The notes beneath the pieces were generated by a model. That model had not been told where the DNA came from and ran no database searches. It saw only the letters and a program-made list of their open reading frames with translations. 64,000 nt of DNA from an uncultured delta proteobacterium. Lineage in GTDB: Bacteria > Desulfobacterota > Binatia > Binatales > Binataceae. Both the position numbers and the translations under genes were made by a program. This document shows, piece after piece, positions 48,169 to 57,644 of the stretch. Numbering within the stretch: position 1 is the stretch's first letter; each line of letters begins with the position of its first letter. The stretch covers positions 1,280,001 to 1,344,000 of the forward strand of contig CAVQEQ010000004.1 in NCBI GenBank assembly GCA_963711565.1, in the 5' to 3' direction.

Positions 48169-49643
48169 GATTTCCGGACCCCTTCAAAATCGACGAAGCC
48201 GCGCTCAACGTCGGTCTCGAGCAGTTCGACCGTGACGTGGTCGCCGACATCAAAACCCTTGTACTTTTTCACGACTCTGCCCTCCGCTGCCGGATGGTCT
48301 ATTCGCACCCAGGTCCCCTTCTCCGAGGCTCCCGTGACAATCCCGTCGAACCGCTCCCCGACCCGCGACTCGAGCAGCAGCGCGGCCGCCGACTTCCGCA
48401 CCTGCCGTTCCACCTTGCTCGCGTTGTCTTCCTGGTCGGTGCAGTGTCCCGCCAGGTCGTTGAGCTCGTCGGAGCTGTACGGACTCGTCGTTCCGGAGAG
48501 CACAGCCTTCAAGAGACGCTGCGTGATCAGGTCGGGGAAACGCCGGTTGGGCGCGGTCGAATGGGTGTAGTCGTTGACCGCGAGACCAAAGTGTCCCGCC
48601 ACTGGCTGGCCGGGGAACTCGACCACGTATTCGCCGCGCCCCAACAGCTTGACGACCGAAAGCGACAGGTCTGGAAAGCGCACGGGGTCCGCCTGTCGCC
48701 GCTCCTCAAGGAACTCCTGCAGCGCGCGGGAATTCGGACGCGGCGGAAGACTTCCGCCCAAGTCTCTCGCCAGCTCCGCTATTCTCGCCCAACGCTCGGG
48801 CGAACGAAGGACTCGGCGCAGCGCGGGGAAGCCTCTCTGCTCGAGGTATCTCGCCACTACCCCATTGGCGCCGATCATGAAGTCTTCGATCAGCTCGGTC
48901 GCGCGATTCTTCTGGTCTGCCTGCAGATCCCGGAGCGAATCGCCGTCGAACACCGGCCGCGCTTCGATCGTCTCGAGCGTCAGCGCGCCATGCTGATGAC
49001 GCCGCGCTTTCATCGCCTGTGCCACTCGATCCTGCAAGCGCAAATTCTGATCGAGGCCGGGAACCGCGGAGATCGGCGTCGGCGCGGGCCCTGCCCCATC
49101 GAGCCAGGCCGCGACGCTGTTGTAAGCGAGCTTCGCGCGATTCGTCACCGCCGCGCGATAGATATCCGACTTCCCAACCTCCCCGTCGCCGCTCACCTCA
49201 AACTCGATCACGATCGCCAGGCGGTCCTTGCGATCCGCGAGCGACGTCAAATCGGTCGAGAGCTTCTCGGGCAGCATCGGAAATATTTGCGCCGCGGTAT
49301 AGACCGAAGTGGTATTAGTCCGCGCGTGGTCATCGATCGCCGAGCCTTTTTTTGCGATCGCATCGACATCGGCGATCGCGACCAGAATCTTCACGGCGCC
49401 GTCCGGTAGTTGCTCTGCGACAGAAAGCTGATCGAGGTCGAGTGAATCATCGTTGTCGATCGATGCCCACAGCAATCGCCGAAGGTCTCGCAGCGATGGA
49501 TCCGAAGCGGCGGCCGCCTTGGCGATGGAGTTTGTTTGCCCGATGACTTCGGCGGAGAAGTCCGGCAACAGGCCTCGCTGAAGCATCGCCCGTCGCGCGA
49601 TGCTCCTGAGCTGGTCTCTACAGGGCGCGGTGGTTGAATTCAT
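48165..49643 (-). CDS. RNB-domain exoribonuclease (RNase II/R family, lacking N-terminal cold-shock domains)
   Basis: SIDNDDSLDLDQ, VAIADV, LIEDFMI, YTHSTAPNRRFPDL and a C-terminal S1-like region. Confidence 0.9.
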   Translation of the reverse strand: MNSTTAPCRDQLRSIARRAMLQRGLLPDFSAEVIGQTNSIAKAAAASDPSLRDLRRLLWASIDNDDSLDLDQLSVAEQLPDGAVKILVAIADVDAIAKKGSAIDDHARTNTTSVYTAAQIFPMLPEKLSTDLTSLADRKDRLAIVIEFEVSGDGEVGKSDIYRAAVTNRAKLAYNSVAAWLDGAGPAPTPISAVPGLDQNLRLQDRVAQAMKARRHQHGALTLETIEARPVFDGDSLRDLQADQKNRATELIEDFMIGANGVVARYLEQRGFPALRRVLRSPERWARIAELARDLGGSLPPRPNSRALQEFLEERRQADPVRFPDLSLSVVKLLGRGEYVVEFPGQPVAGHFGLAVNDYTHSTAPNRRFPDLITQRLLKAVLSGTTSPYSSDELNDLAGHCTDQEDNASKVERQVRKSAAALLLESRVGERFDGIVTGASEKGTWVRIDHPAAEGRVVKKYKGFDVGDHVTVELLETDVERGFVDFEGVRKS

Positions 49644-49749
49644 CGGCGCATCATAGCCCACCGCGCGGCTCAATAGTCAAAACTGCGATCTGGATCTTGG
49701 GGTAAGACTCCGGGACGTTGAGCGTAACGAATCGCGCGATTAATGAATG

Positions 49750-50751
49750 TTACTTGTAAGCAATCATCACGCGATTAGGTACGGGCGGAAGTTCGCGGAG
49801 TTCAACGCGTCCGAAGCCCGCGCTCTCAAGGGATTTGGCGAGTTGTGAAGGCGTGCGCGCTTCGCCACCAGGCGTCGTCGCCAGGAGTGCAAGATTCAGG
49901 GAGACTGCAGCGGCTGGCGAAGTTCGGTCATCATCGAGCATCAGTTCGAAGGCGGCCACGCAGCCATCTTTCACCAGCGCCGAGTGAATTCGCTCAAGCA
50001 TTACGGTAGTGGTTTTTAGGTCCGGAAGAAAATTGGTTATCAGCGCGAGGTCGTAACCGGTTCCGAAGTCCACGGTGAGCGCGTCGCCCGGTATCGAGTG
50101 AAAGCGCGGCCCCACGCCGGCGGTATCTGCGTTGCCGCGTGCGATCGCGAGAACTTCGGGCCAGTCAACGGCGAATACCTCCGCGTCAGGATTCCGCTTC
50201 GCGAACTCAATGCCATAGAGTCCGTGGCCCGCTGCGATGTCCAGCACCTTGGTCGGGCCCTTCGCTTCCTGGTCCAGGCTATCGGCCAGCAAGCGGGCCA
50301 GGAATGCGCCTGGCACTCCCATCGCGCGCGCAAACTCGACCCAGATTGGATGCTCGGGTGCGAGTGTGCCTCCGCCCGGCAGCGCCGTTCCTCCGCGGCG
50401 CACCGCTTCCGTTAGCGTGGCGAATGCCGCGGCCTGAGCCTTGCCCGATATGGTCTCGGCCGCAGCTTCACCGATGCACGCGGGCGAGCGTCGATCGAGG
50501 AAAGCGGCTGTGTCGGCAGCCAACGAATATCTCTCGTCATGTTTCTGGAGAAAGCCGATCATGACCAGATAGGCGGCCAGGATTCCGAGCCCGCGCTCGG
50601 ACGCGGAACACCGCTGGGCGAGCATCGCTGTCGTGTCGGCACCCTCGCCGATAGCGGTGAATAGGTCGAGCTCGATAGCCGCTCTGAGCGCCGCAGTTCG
50701 CTGGAACGCTGCCAGCGTCTCAAAGATTCGCTGTGGTGACAGTGCCGGCAT
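49750..50751 (-). CDS. SAM-dependent O-methyltransferase with dimerisation domain
   Basis: ALRAAIELDLF dimerisation helix and KVLDIAAGHG SAM motif I. Confidence 0.88.
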   Translation of the reverse strand: MPALSPQRIFETLAAFQRTAALRAAIELDLFTAIGEGADTTAMLAQRCSASERGLGILAAYLVMIGFLQKHDERYSLAADTAAFLDRRSPACIGEAAAETISGKAQAAAFATLTEAVRRGGTALPGGGTLAPEHPIWVEFARAMGVPGAFLARLLADSLDQEAKGPTKVLDIAAGHGLYGIEFAKRNPDAEVFAVDWPEVLAIARGNADTAGVGPRFHSIPGDALTVDFGTGYDLALITNFLPDLKTTTVMLERIHSALVKDGCVAAFELMLDDDRTSPAAAVSLNLALLATTPGGEARTPSQLAKSLESAGFGRVELRELPPVPNRVMIAYK

Positions 50752-50785
50752 TGAAGGCCCTCCGCTTGCTTCCGGAGATTACTTC

Positions 50786-50800
50786 TAGAATAATCTTCTA
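50786..50800. promoter_or_regulatory. candidate TetR operator (TAGAA-N5-TTCTA)
   Basis: AT-rich inverted repeat in the short gap between the divergent methyltransferase and TetR genes. Confidence 0.5.
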
Positions 50801-50814
50801 CGAATATTCCTCTA

Positions 50815-51459
50815 GTGGAAAGCTCCGGTCAAGAGATAAGATTACCTGCCGTGGAAGACGGCATAAGAGTCCGCGCCTCGCGCGCGCGGCGGCAACAGAT
50901 CCTCGATGCCGCGCTCGACTTGTTTCTTGAAAAGGGAGTCGGAGCCACGACCGTCGAAGATCTCCTTGCCCGGTCAGGCGCCAGCGTCGGCAGCTTTTAC
51001 CATCAGTTCAGCAGCAAGGCCGACGTGGCCTCTGCGCTCTATCTTGAGACGTTGAGCTCGTACGAGCGATTGTTTGTTGCCGAGCTCCGCAAACATGATC
51101 GCGCGCGCAACGGAATCGAAAGCGCGGTTCGCCGGCATCTTCGCTGGACCAAAAAGAATCCGAGGCTCGCCAGCTATCTGATCCATTGCCGCGAGCCGGA
51201 GGTCGCGGAACTCTCTGAAGAGCGCGCCCAGCAGCTCAACCGCATCTTCTACGACGAAGTCCTGAAGTGGCTGCGCCGTCACGTTGAGGCCGGCGAAATC
51301 AGGAAGCTGCCCTCAGATATCTACCTTGCGCTCTGGATGGGACCGGCCAACGAGTTTACGCGGCTGTGGTTGCTCGCATCCGACCGAGCCTCTCGCCGAA
51401 TTGCGCGAGCGGAAAGCCTGCTGGCGAGTGCCGCTTGGGCCGCGCTGCGCGATGATTGA
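50815..51459 (+). CDS. TetR/AcrR family transcriptional regulator
   Basis: RRQQILDAALDLFLEKG...TTVEDL...SVGSFYHQFSSK HTH. Confidence 0.92.
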   Translation: MESSGQEIRLPAVEDGIRVRASRARRQQILDAALDLFLEKGVGATTVEDLLARSGASVGSFYHQFSSKADVASALYLETLSSYERLFVAELRKHDRARNGIESAVRRHLRWTKKNPRLASYLIHCREPEVAELSEERAQQLNRIFYDEVLKWLRRHVEAGEIRKLPSDIYLALWMGPANEFTRLWLLASDRASRRIARAESLLASAAWAALRDD

Positions 51460-52193
51460 TTAATGAATGACGACGGGCTGCGGGCTACCCGGCGCGCTTG
51501 AAGGCGGCGGAATGTCGGCGGGCGCGCCCAGCAGGGCCAGGGATTCCATCACGCCCTGGCGCTGCTGCGCGAACGGATGCGCGGCGAGGAAGCCGCGATA
51601 GGCGTCGATCGCGCCCTGCTTGTCACCCGACCTGGCCAGCATCCGCGCGACACCCAGCTCCGCACTCGCCTGCTCGGGTCCTGGATCGGCGGCGGCCTGC
51701 TGATAGGCTCCAGCCGCCTTCTTCCAATCAGCCATGCGCTCGTAAACCACTGCCAGGTTCGTCAGCCCGAGGCTGCGAAACAACGGGTCGCGCTCCTCGG
51801 CCAGAAACGCGACGAGCGAGTCGCGCGCGTCAGGCAGGTCGCTGTCGGCAATGTATGCGCTCGCGAGGTAAAAACGCGCGAGGCGTCCAAGCCGGCGCCC
51901 GGCTCTTCATCGGCGAGCTGCTTGAACTGCGTCTCGGCCTGTTTGTTCTGACCGGCGTTGAGCGCGGTGATCGCATCGTAGAACTGGGCCGCGGCGACAG
52001 TGTCGCGATGACGCTCGTAGTAGTACACGCCAATTACGATCGCGCCGGCCGCCACGACGACCGCGGTCGAGACGAGCACCTGGGTGAGATTGTTGACGAG
52101 GAAGTCGCGCGCGCTGTCGACGAAGGTCGTGAACTCGTCGGGCGCTTTGAGTTCCTTTTGAGTTATTTTTCGGCGATGGGTAGTCGGCGGCAT
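51460..52193 (-). pseudogene. YfgM-like membrane-anchored TPR protein, single frameshift near 51899
   Basis: KELKAPDEF, TM helix, then TPR-like helices. Adding one G to the minus-strand G-run at 51898-51900 joins ORFs 51762-52193 and 51460-51783 (GRLARFYLASAY...). Likely sequencing error. Confidence 0.78.
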
Positions 52194-52250
52194 AGAATGC
52201 TCAAGCGGACACTGCCCGCCGGAGGACCAGAGGGTTAGCGCGCACGCGCC

Positions 52251-52784
52251 TTACATTTTGTATTTGAAATCCTCGGGCGACATCCGCTCGAGGATCTCGG
52301 ACCATTTGTCGCGCGAGACACCGGCGAGGTTTTGATCGGAAGTCTGCTGTTCGCCCTGGGATTCATGGAGCTCGCTGCTCGCTTCGAGCACTTTCTTGGA
52401 AACGTAGATGGGCGACTTGGTGCGCAGCGCCAGCGCGATCGCGTCGCTCGGGCGCGAATCCATTTCGAGCGCCTTGCCGTCGCGCGTCTTCAACTGAATT
52501 CGCGCGAAGTAGGTATTCTCGCGCAGCTCGGTAATCTCGGCGGACTCGACCGTCGCGCCGAACTCGACCAGCAGATTGCGCAGCAGGTCATGCGTCATCG
52601 GGCGTTGCGGCTTGGCGCCTTCGAGCTCGATCGCCATCGCGTTCGCCTCGAGCGGGCCGATCCAGATGTGCAGGTTGAGCTTGTTGTCGGGATCCTTGAG
52701 GACGACGATCGGCATCTTGGTGGACGGATCGAGAATGAGCCCGCCTACAATCATCAAAATGAAGTCTTCCCTGTGACCGGCCAT
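52251..52784 (-). CDS. bifunctional nuclease family protein (DUF151)
   Basis: IWIGPLEANA, RPMTHDL and DSRPSDAIALA; C-terminal PEDFKYKM. Confidence 0.92.
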   Translation of the reverse strand: MAGHREDFILMIVGGLILDPSTKMPIVVLKDPDNKLNLHIWIGPLEANAMAIELEGAKPQRPMTHDLLRNLLVEFGATVESAEITELRENTYFARIQLKTRDGKALEMDSRPSDAIALALRTKSPIYVSKKVLEASSELHESQGEQQTSDQNLAGVSRDKWSEILERMSPEDFKYKM

Positions 52785-52924
52785 AGCGGGGCTCATCAAC
52801 CTTTTCCCATCAAGCGCGCGCGGTTTCGGGTCGAATTCCCGCGTGGTGCTCGATGAAAATATCTTGGCCCAAAGACGCCACGTGGTCAACCGAACAAGCT
52901 GCGCAGCCGCGAGGATCGAGTCCG

Positions 52925-54337
52925 TCAGCCTGCGACCAAGCGATCGACCACGCGGTAAAGCTGGTTGAGATTGCGGCACTCTTCCACCAGATCGCAGTGC
53001 GGGGCGTAGCGATCCATTTCGCTGTCGCCGAAGCCCCACGTATTGCGGCTTTCAGGATTAAGCCAGATCACTCTTTTGGCGCGCTGGCGGATTTCACGCA
53101 AGCACCAATCGTGCGGGAGGTTGTAATTGTTGCGCGCGTCACCGAGCACGATCACCGTCGTGCGCTTGTTCACCGCGCCCAAATGATCGGTGACGAAGTT
53201 GCGGAACGCGTAGCCAAAATTCGAGTGGGCGTACACGTTGATGATATCGCCCTTGAGCGCGACGTCGAGCGCTTCCTTGGCGTCGTTGTTGCGAAAGCAT
53301 TCGGTCACTTCGCCGATATCGGCGACGAAGATGAAACTGCGCACGCGCGAGTAGAGATCTTGCAACGAGTACACGAACTGGAGCATGAAGCGCGAGGCGT
53401 TGCGCACCGAGTCGGAAACGTCGCACAGAATCACGACCTGCGGCTTTTCTTTCTTCCGCTTCTCGAAGCGGAGCTTGAAAGGCACGCCGCCGTACTCGAG
53501 GTTCTGGCGCAGCGTGCGCTTGATGTCGAAGCGGCCCTTCTTCGAGCGCTTGCGGCGCACGGTGATCACGTTCTTCAGGCGCTGCGCGAGGCGCGTCACC
53601 GCCTCGTTCATCTTCTTCAGCTCTTCCTCGGTCAGGTAATAGAAACTCTTCTCGCCAATCTGGTTGAGTCGCTGATCTTCTTTCTGCTTGATGTCGCGCT
53701 TCTCGCGCTCCATCCGGACGTAGCGGCGGATGATATCGTCGAGCGCCTTGAGCCGCCGCTCGAGGTACTCTTCCATTTTCGCTTTGAGCTCGGAGCCGAT
53801 ATCCATCTTCTCGAGCTGCTCGCGCAGTTCCTTGATCTCGGCTTCGATCTTGTCGAGCCCGAGCTGGCGGGCGAGCGCGCGGGCGAAATAGTTTTCCTCG
53901 ATCGTGCGCTCGATGCCTTGCAGCTTGACAGCGCGCGAGGCCTCGCGAATCTTGCGCTCCATCTCGCCCGAATTGTTCTGCAGTAGTTGCTTCGCAAGCT
54001 CGGAAAGATTCTTGCCCTCTTTCTTGAGCATCTTCTCGACTTCGTCCAAGAACTTCTGGAATTCCTGATCGGACATCGAGAGCGCGTTCTGCACGGCCTG
54101 GCTCGCCTGCTTGATGATCTCGCCGAGGCCGGAGAAATAGATATCGAACAGCTCTTCGAACACCGGTAATTCGCTGGACCGCTTCACCATCGTGGCCCGC
54201 AGCGCGGCACGGAACGCGTCGCGCTCGTTCAGCCCGGTGACTTCGGAAGCGCTGAATGCGTCGAGCGTTTCCGCCAGCGAGACACGCACGCCGTTCTCGC
54301 GCAGCAGATTTGCAAATTCGACCAGCTTTTCTTGCAT
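52925..54337 (-). CDS. VWA-domain protein (CoxE-like)
   Basis: FANLLRENGVRVS, MIDAS LCDVSDSV, LGDARNN, WLNPE and ECRNL. Confidence 0.9.
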   Translation of the reverse strand: MQEKLVEFANLLRENGVRVSLAETLDAFSASEVTGLNERDAFRAALRATMVKRSSELPVFEELFDIYFSGLGEIIKQASQAVQNALSMSDQEFQKFLDEVEKMLKKEGKNLSELAKQLLQNNSGEMERKIREASRAVKLQGIERTIEENYFARALARQLGLDKIEAEIKELREQLEKMDIGSELKAKMEEYLERRLKALDDIIRRYVRMEREKRDIKQKEDQRLNQIGEKSFYYLTEEELKKMNEAVTRLAQRLKNVITVRRKRSKKGRFDIKRTLRQNLEYGGVPFKLRFEKRKKEKPQVVILCDVSDSVRNASRFMLQFVYSLQDLYSRVRSFIFVADIGEVTECFRNNDAKEALDVALKGDIINVYAHSNFGYAFRNFVTDHLGAVNKRTTVIVLGDARNNYNLPHDWCLREIRQRAKRVIWLNPESRNTWGFGDSEMDRYAPHCDLVEECRNLNQLYRVVDRLVAG

Positions 54338-54365
54338 GGTGAGGTGGTGCCCTACCCTACTTCGA

Positions 54366-55328
54366 TCAGTTCAAAAGATCCTTGTCGCTGCCAGCTTCGG
54401 TGCCGCGACGCGCGCGCACGCGGCGCACGTAGTCTTTCAGCTCTTCCTGCGCCTTGCGCACGTCACCCTCGTACTTGACGATCGTGTCGAGCGTCTCGGT
54501 GACGAGTTCCTGGTCGAGGCTGTTCACGTTGAGCAGCGTCAGCGCCTTGACCCAATCGAGCGTCTCGCTGATGCCCGGAGTCTTTTTGAGATCGAGCTTG
54601 CGCAGCGACTGCACGACGGTGACGACTTCCTCGGCGAGCTTGTTCGCGGCTTCAGGCACTTTGAGCTTGACGATCGCGAGTTCCTGCGCGCGATCGGGAA
54701 AGTCGATGTACAGATGCAGGCATCGACGCTTCAGCGCGTCGGACATTTCGCGTGCGTTGTTCGAGGTCAGCACGACCAGCGGGATGTGCTTGGCCTTGAG
54801 CGTGCCGAGCTCGGGCACGGTCACTTGGAAATCGGAAAGGAGCTCGAGCAGGAAGGCTTCGAACTCGGCGTCGGCCTTGTCGATCTCGTCGATCAGCAGG
54901 ACCGACGGCTGCTCGCTGGAGATTGCTTTGAGCAGCGGGCGCGGGAGCACGAAGCGCTCGGAGAAGAATACTTCGTCCTGCGCGGCGATTCGATCGACCG
55001 CCTCGGTCAGGCCCTTGGCGCCGACGAGCACCTCGCTGATTTTGTCCTTGAGGATTTGCGTGTAGAGGAGCTGCTTGGCGTACTCCCATTCGTAGAGCGC
55101 CTTGCCCTCGTCGAGGCCCTCGTAGCACTGGAGGCGGATCATGTCGAAGCCAAGGGACGCGGCGAGCACCTTGGCGAGGTCGGTTTTGCCGACGCCGGCG
55201 GGACCTTCGACCAGGATGGGCTTGCGCATTTCACTCGCCAGGTAGATGACGGTCGCGATTCGCCGGCTGGCGATATAATTGTTCTTGGCGAATCGCTCGA
55301 TTACGTCGTCGATCGATGAAAACATCAA
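54366..55328 (-). CDS. MoxR/CoxD-like AAA+ ATPase
   Basis: EGPAGVGKT, RLQCYEGLD, LLIDEIDKAD and SDALKRRC. Confidence 0.93.
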   Translation of the reverse strand: MMFSSIDDVIERFAKNNYIASRRIATVIYLASEMRKPILVEGPAGVGKTDLAKVLAASLGFDMIRLQCYEGLDEGKALYEWEYAKQLLYTQILKDKISEVLVGAKGLTEAVDRIAAQDEVFFSERFVLPRPLLKAISSEQPSVLLIDEIDKADAEFEAFLLELLSDFQVTVPELGTLKAKHIPLVVLTSNNAREMSDALKRRCLHLYIDFPDRAQELAIVKLKVPEAANKLAEEVVTVVQSLRKLDLKKTPGISETLDWVKALTLLNVNSLDQELVTETLDTIVKYEGDVRKAQEELKDYVRRVRARRGTEAGSDKDLLN

Positions 55329-55443
55329 TCCTCCTCGACAGCGGAAGCTGAAGGGGCAAGCCCCGCGCGGATTAGATTAAATATCACGCCGAGTTAAGGC
55401 GAGGAAACCCAGCAGGGGTGGCAGAACGCCGGGCGCAGAATTT

Positions 55444-55505
55444 AATGTGAAACCCAACGTGGGTTTCACGCTTCCCCGGCAGGGGTGACCCCTGCACCCG
55501 GTGTC
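55444..55505 (+). repeat. two-hairpin repeat family B, copy 1
   Basis: GTGAAACCC-AACGT-GGGTTTCAC, CTTCC linker, GCAGGGG-TGA-CCCCTGC-ACCC. Confidence 0.88.
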
Positions 55506-55563
55506 AAAAGATGCGGGACTTCGTCCCTGTTAGAATTTTTTGGGTGTGTGGATCATCCGCGGC

Positions 55564-56782
55564 TCAAATGTGCAGTTCCTCCCAGACTTGCTCGTTGCGA
55601 GCGAAGCGGTCGCGCGATAGTGCCGAGGCGTCGAAGGCGCTGTATTTGCCGTTCGCGATCAGATCGGCTAGGGCCTGGCCGGCGCCGTAGGACTGCATCA
55701 CGCCGCGGCCGCTGAATGAGTGCCCTTCGTACACGTGGGGCGCGGCGCGGCCGACGATTGCGCTGCGGTCGGGGCTGACTTCGTACAAGCCGGCCCATCC
55801 GGTGATGTGGCGCAGGCGTTCCATAGAGGTCATGCGCGCGAACATCCGCGGCCAGATCTCGTTCAGGAAGAACGGCTCGCCGTCGTAGTTGAAATGATAA
55901 CCCGGTGGCTCGTCGGGCGGCGAGTATCCGGCGAGGATGTGTGCGCCCTCGTGGTGGAAGTACACGCCCGAGGTGTCGACGATCATGCCGTAGTTCGCGA
56001 GGTTGGTGACGCGATTATCGACGATACAGACCTGGCGGCGAATCGGCTGCGTCCAGTTGCGGAGGTTGAGCAGCTTCATCGCGGCCGGCGACCATGCTCC
56101 GCCGGCGACTGACGATCGAGTCGGCGACAAGCTCGAACACGCGGCCGGTCTCGGCTTCGCCGGAGCCGTCTTGGGTCATCATGCGGACGAGGCCTTCGTC
56201 AGTGTGAGGCTCGTCGGACTGCCAGCATTGGAGGCGCACTTCCGATGCGCCGGCGTCGAGCGCGACGACGTAGGTGCGATCGAGAAACTGCGCGCCGAGT
56301 TTCAGCGCGCGGGCGCGATAATGCTCCTTGAGCAGGTTCGGGTTGATGAGGCCGTCGGCGGGCGAGAACGTGGCGCCGGCGATGCCGTCGAGCTTGTCGA
56401 TCTCGGGCACACGGCGATTGACCTCGGCGGGGGTGAGCGCCTCGATCGGATGGCCGAGCTCGCGCTGGAGCGGGATATGCTCGACGGCTTGCGCGAACGT
56501 GGCGTCGTCGTACAGCCAGAGGTAGCCTTGCTGGCGGAAGCCGACCTCGTCGCGCACGCGCTGGCAGTATTCGATCGACGCGCGGCACAGCGCGATATTG
56601 ACGCGCTGCCACCATGTGGCGCGCATTCCGCCCGCGTTCTTCTCGCTGGAGCTGAGGCGTCCGCTGAGATCGATGTCGACGGCGAGCGGTTTGAGACCGC
56701 GCTCAGCTAGGCCCATCGCGACCGAACTGCCGACGATGCCCGCACCGATCACGATCACATCGAATCGCTCACCAGCAATCAC
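55564..56782 (-). pseudogene. FAD-dependent oxidoreductase (DAO / sarcosine oxidase beta family), frameshift near 56110
   Basis: VIGAGIVG, SSEKNAGGMR and GYLWL in ORF 56015-56782; GAWS, WAGLYEVSPD and FSGRGVMQ in ORF 55564-56130. Confidence 0.82.
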
Positions 56783-56829
56783 ATGACGACACTAGCAAAG
56801 TCGTTTCGTTGATGGATGCGTAATCGTAC

Positions 56830-56887
56830 GTGAAACCCACCGTGGGTTTCACACTTCCTTGGGCAGGGGTGACCCCTGCACCCAGTA
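56830..56887 (+). repeat. two-hairpin repeat family B, copy 2
   Basis: GTGAAACCC-ACCGT-GGGTTTCAC...GCAGGGG-TGA-CCCCTGC-ACCC. Confidence 0.88.
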
Positions 56888-56986
56888 ATAAGGAAGCGGC
56901 GACCAGACGCTAACTCAGGCTTGGATCCCCGCGCGGGGCTTTGGCAGAGCGTGGTCTCTTATTTCGGATGGACCGTTGAATGATGG

Positions 56987-57271
56987 CTAGAACTGTTCCG
57001 GCCACTTTCTGGCCGCGTGGAAGACGCGCAGAATTTCGACGGTCTCGCCGCGCACGCGGTATGGAACGATGTACGCTGTGCCGCTCACGACTAGCTCGCG
57101 AGTGCCGGGAACTCGTCCGATACGGCCCGAGGCTGGATGGGTGGCGAGCCGATCGACGGCGATCGCGATACGTCGCACTGTTCGAGCGGCGGCATTCGGG
57201 TCGTCGCCTGCGATGTACTCGGCTTCGTGGTCGAGATTGGTTAGCGCGGCCCTAAGCCATCTTACGTGCAC
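56987..57271 (-). CDS. RelE/ParE-family toxin
   Basis: AEYIAGDDPNAA, HPASGRIGRVPGTRELV, YIVPYRV and ILRVFHAAR. Confidence 0.92.
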   Translation of the reverse strand: MHVRWLRAALTNLDHEAEYIAGDDPNAAARTVRRIAIAVDRLATHPASGRIGRVPGTRELVVSGTAYIVPYRVRGETVEILRVFHAARKWPEQF

Positions 57272-57503
57272 GGCGCCGCCACTTTCCGATCACGGCCTGG
57301 ACTTCTTTTTCACTCGCGAAGTCACCGGCCTCAGCTTCCGTGATTGCGGCTTTGATCTCTGTGATTTGCCATTCGTTCAAATCGACGTAGGCGCGGATTG
57401 CTTCGGCGGCGACGTAGGACTTGGTGCGTTCCATCGCCTTGGCCAGTTTATCGAGGCGGCTTTTCGTTTTGCGATCCACACGGATCGTCATGATTTCGGA
57501 CAT
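57252..57503 (-). CDS. CopG/RHH antitoxin
   Basis: MTIRVD...RLDKLAKAMERTKSYVAAEAI ribbon-helix-helix; overlaps the toxin start. Confidence 0.9.
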   Translation of the reverse strand: MSEIMTIRVDRKTKSRLDKLAKAMERTKSYVAAEAIRAYVDLNEWQITEIKAAITEAEAGDFASEKEVQAVIGKWRRRARKMA

Positions 57504-57550
57504 GATTGTATTGTGGTGTACACATTGCCATACCGCAAGCGGTCCCGGCC

Positions 57551-57590
57551 AACCTAACCCTAGCCCCTTCCCTCGAGGGAAGGGGCCCGG
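57551..57590 (+). repeat. REP-like palindromic element family A, copy 2 (variant)
   Basis: AACCTAACCCTAG plus perfect palindrome CCCCTTCCCTCGAGGGAAGGGG (57564-57585). Confidence 0.88.
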
Positions 57591-57644
57591 TCGTTGATGA
57601 AAGGGGCTTGTGCGGATGCCTGTTTGGCTGCCAATTTTAGTTCG

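Noticed and set aside
56899-56957. Imperfect hairpin with CCCCGCGCGGGG core downstream of the RelE/ParE toxin
   Set aside because: Single copy with weak outer pairing and no clear U-tract; cannot be distinguished from chance in GC-rich DNA.
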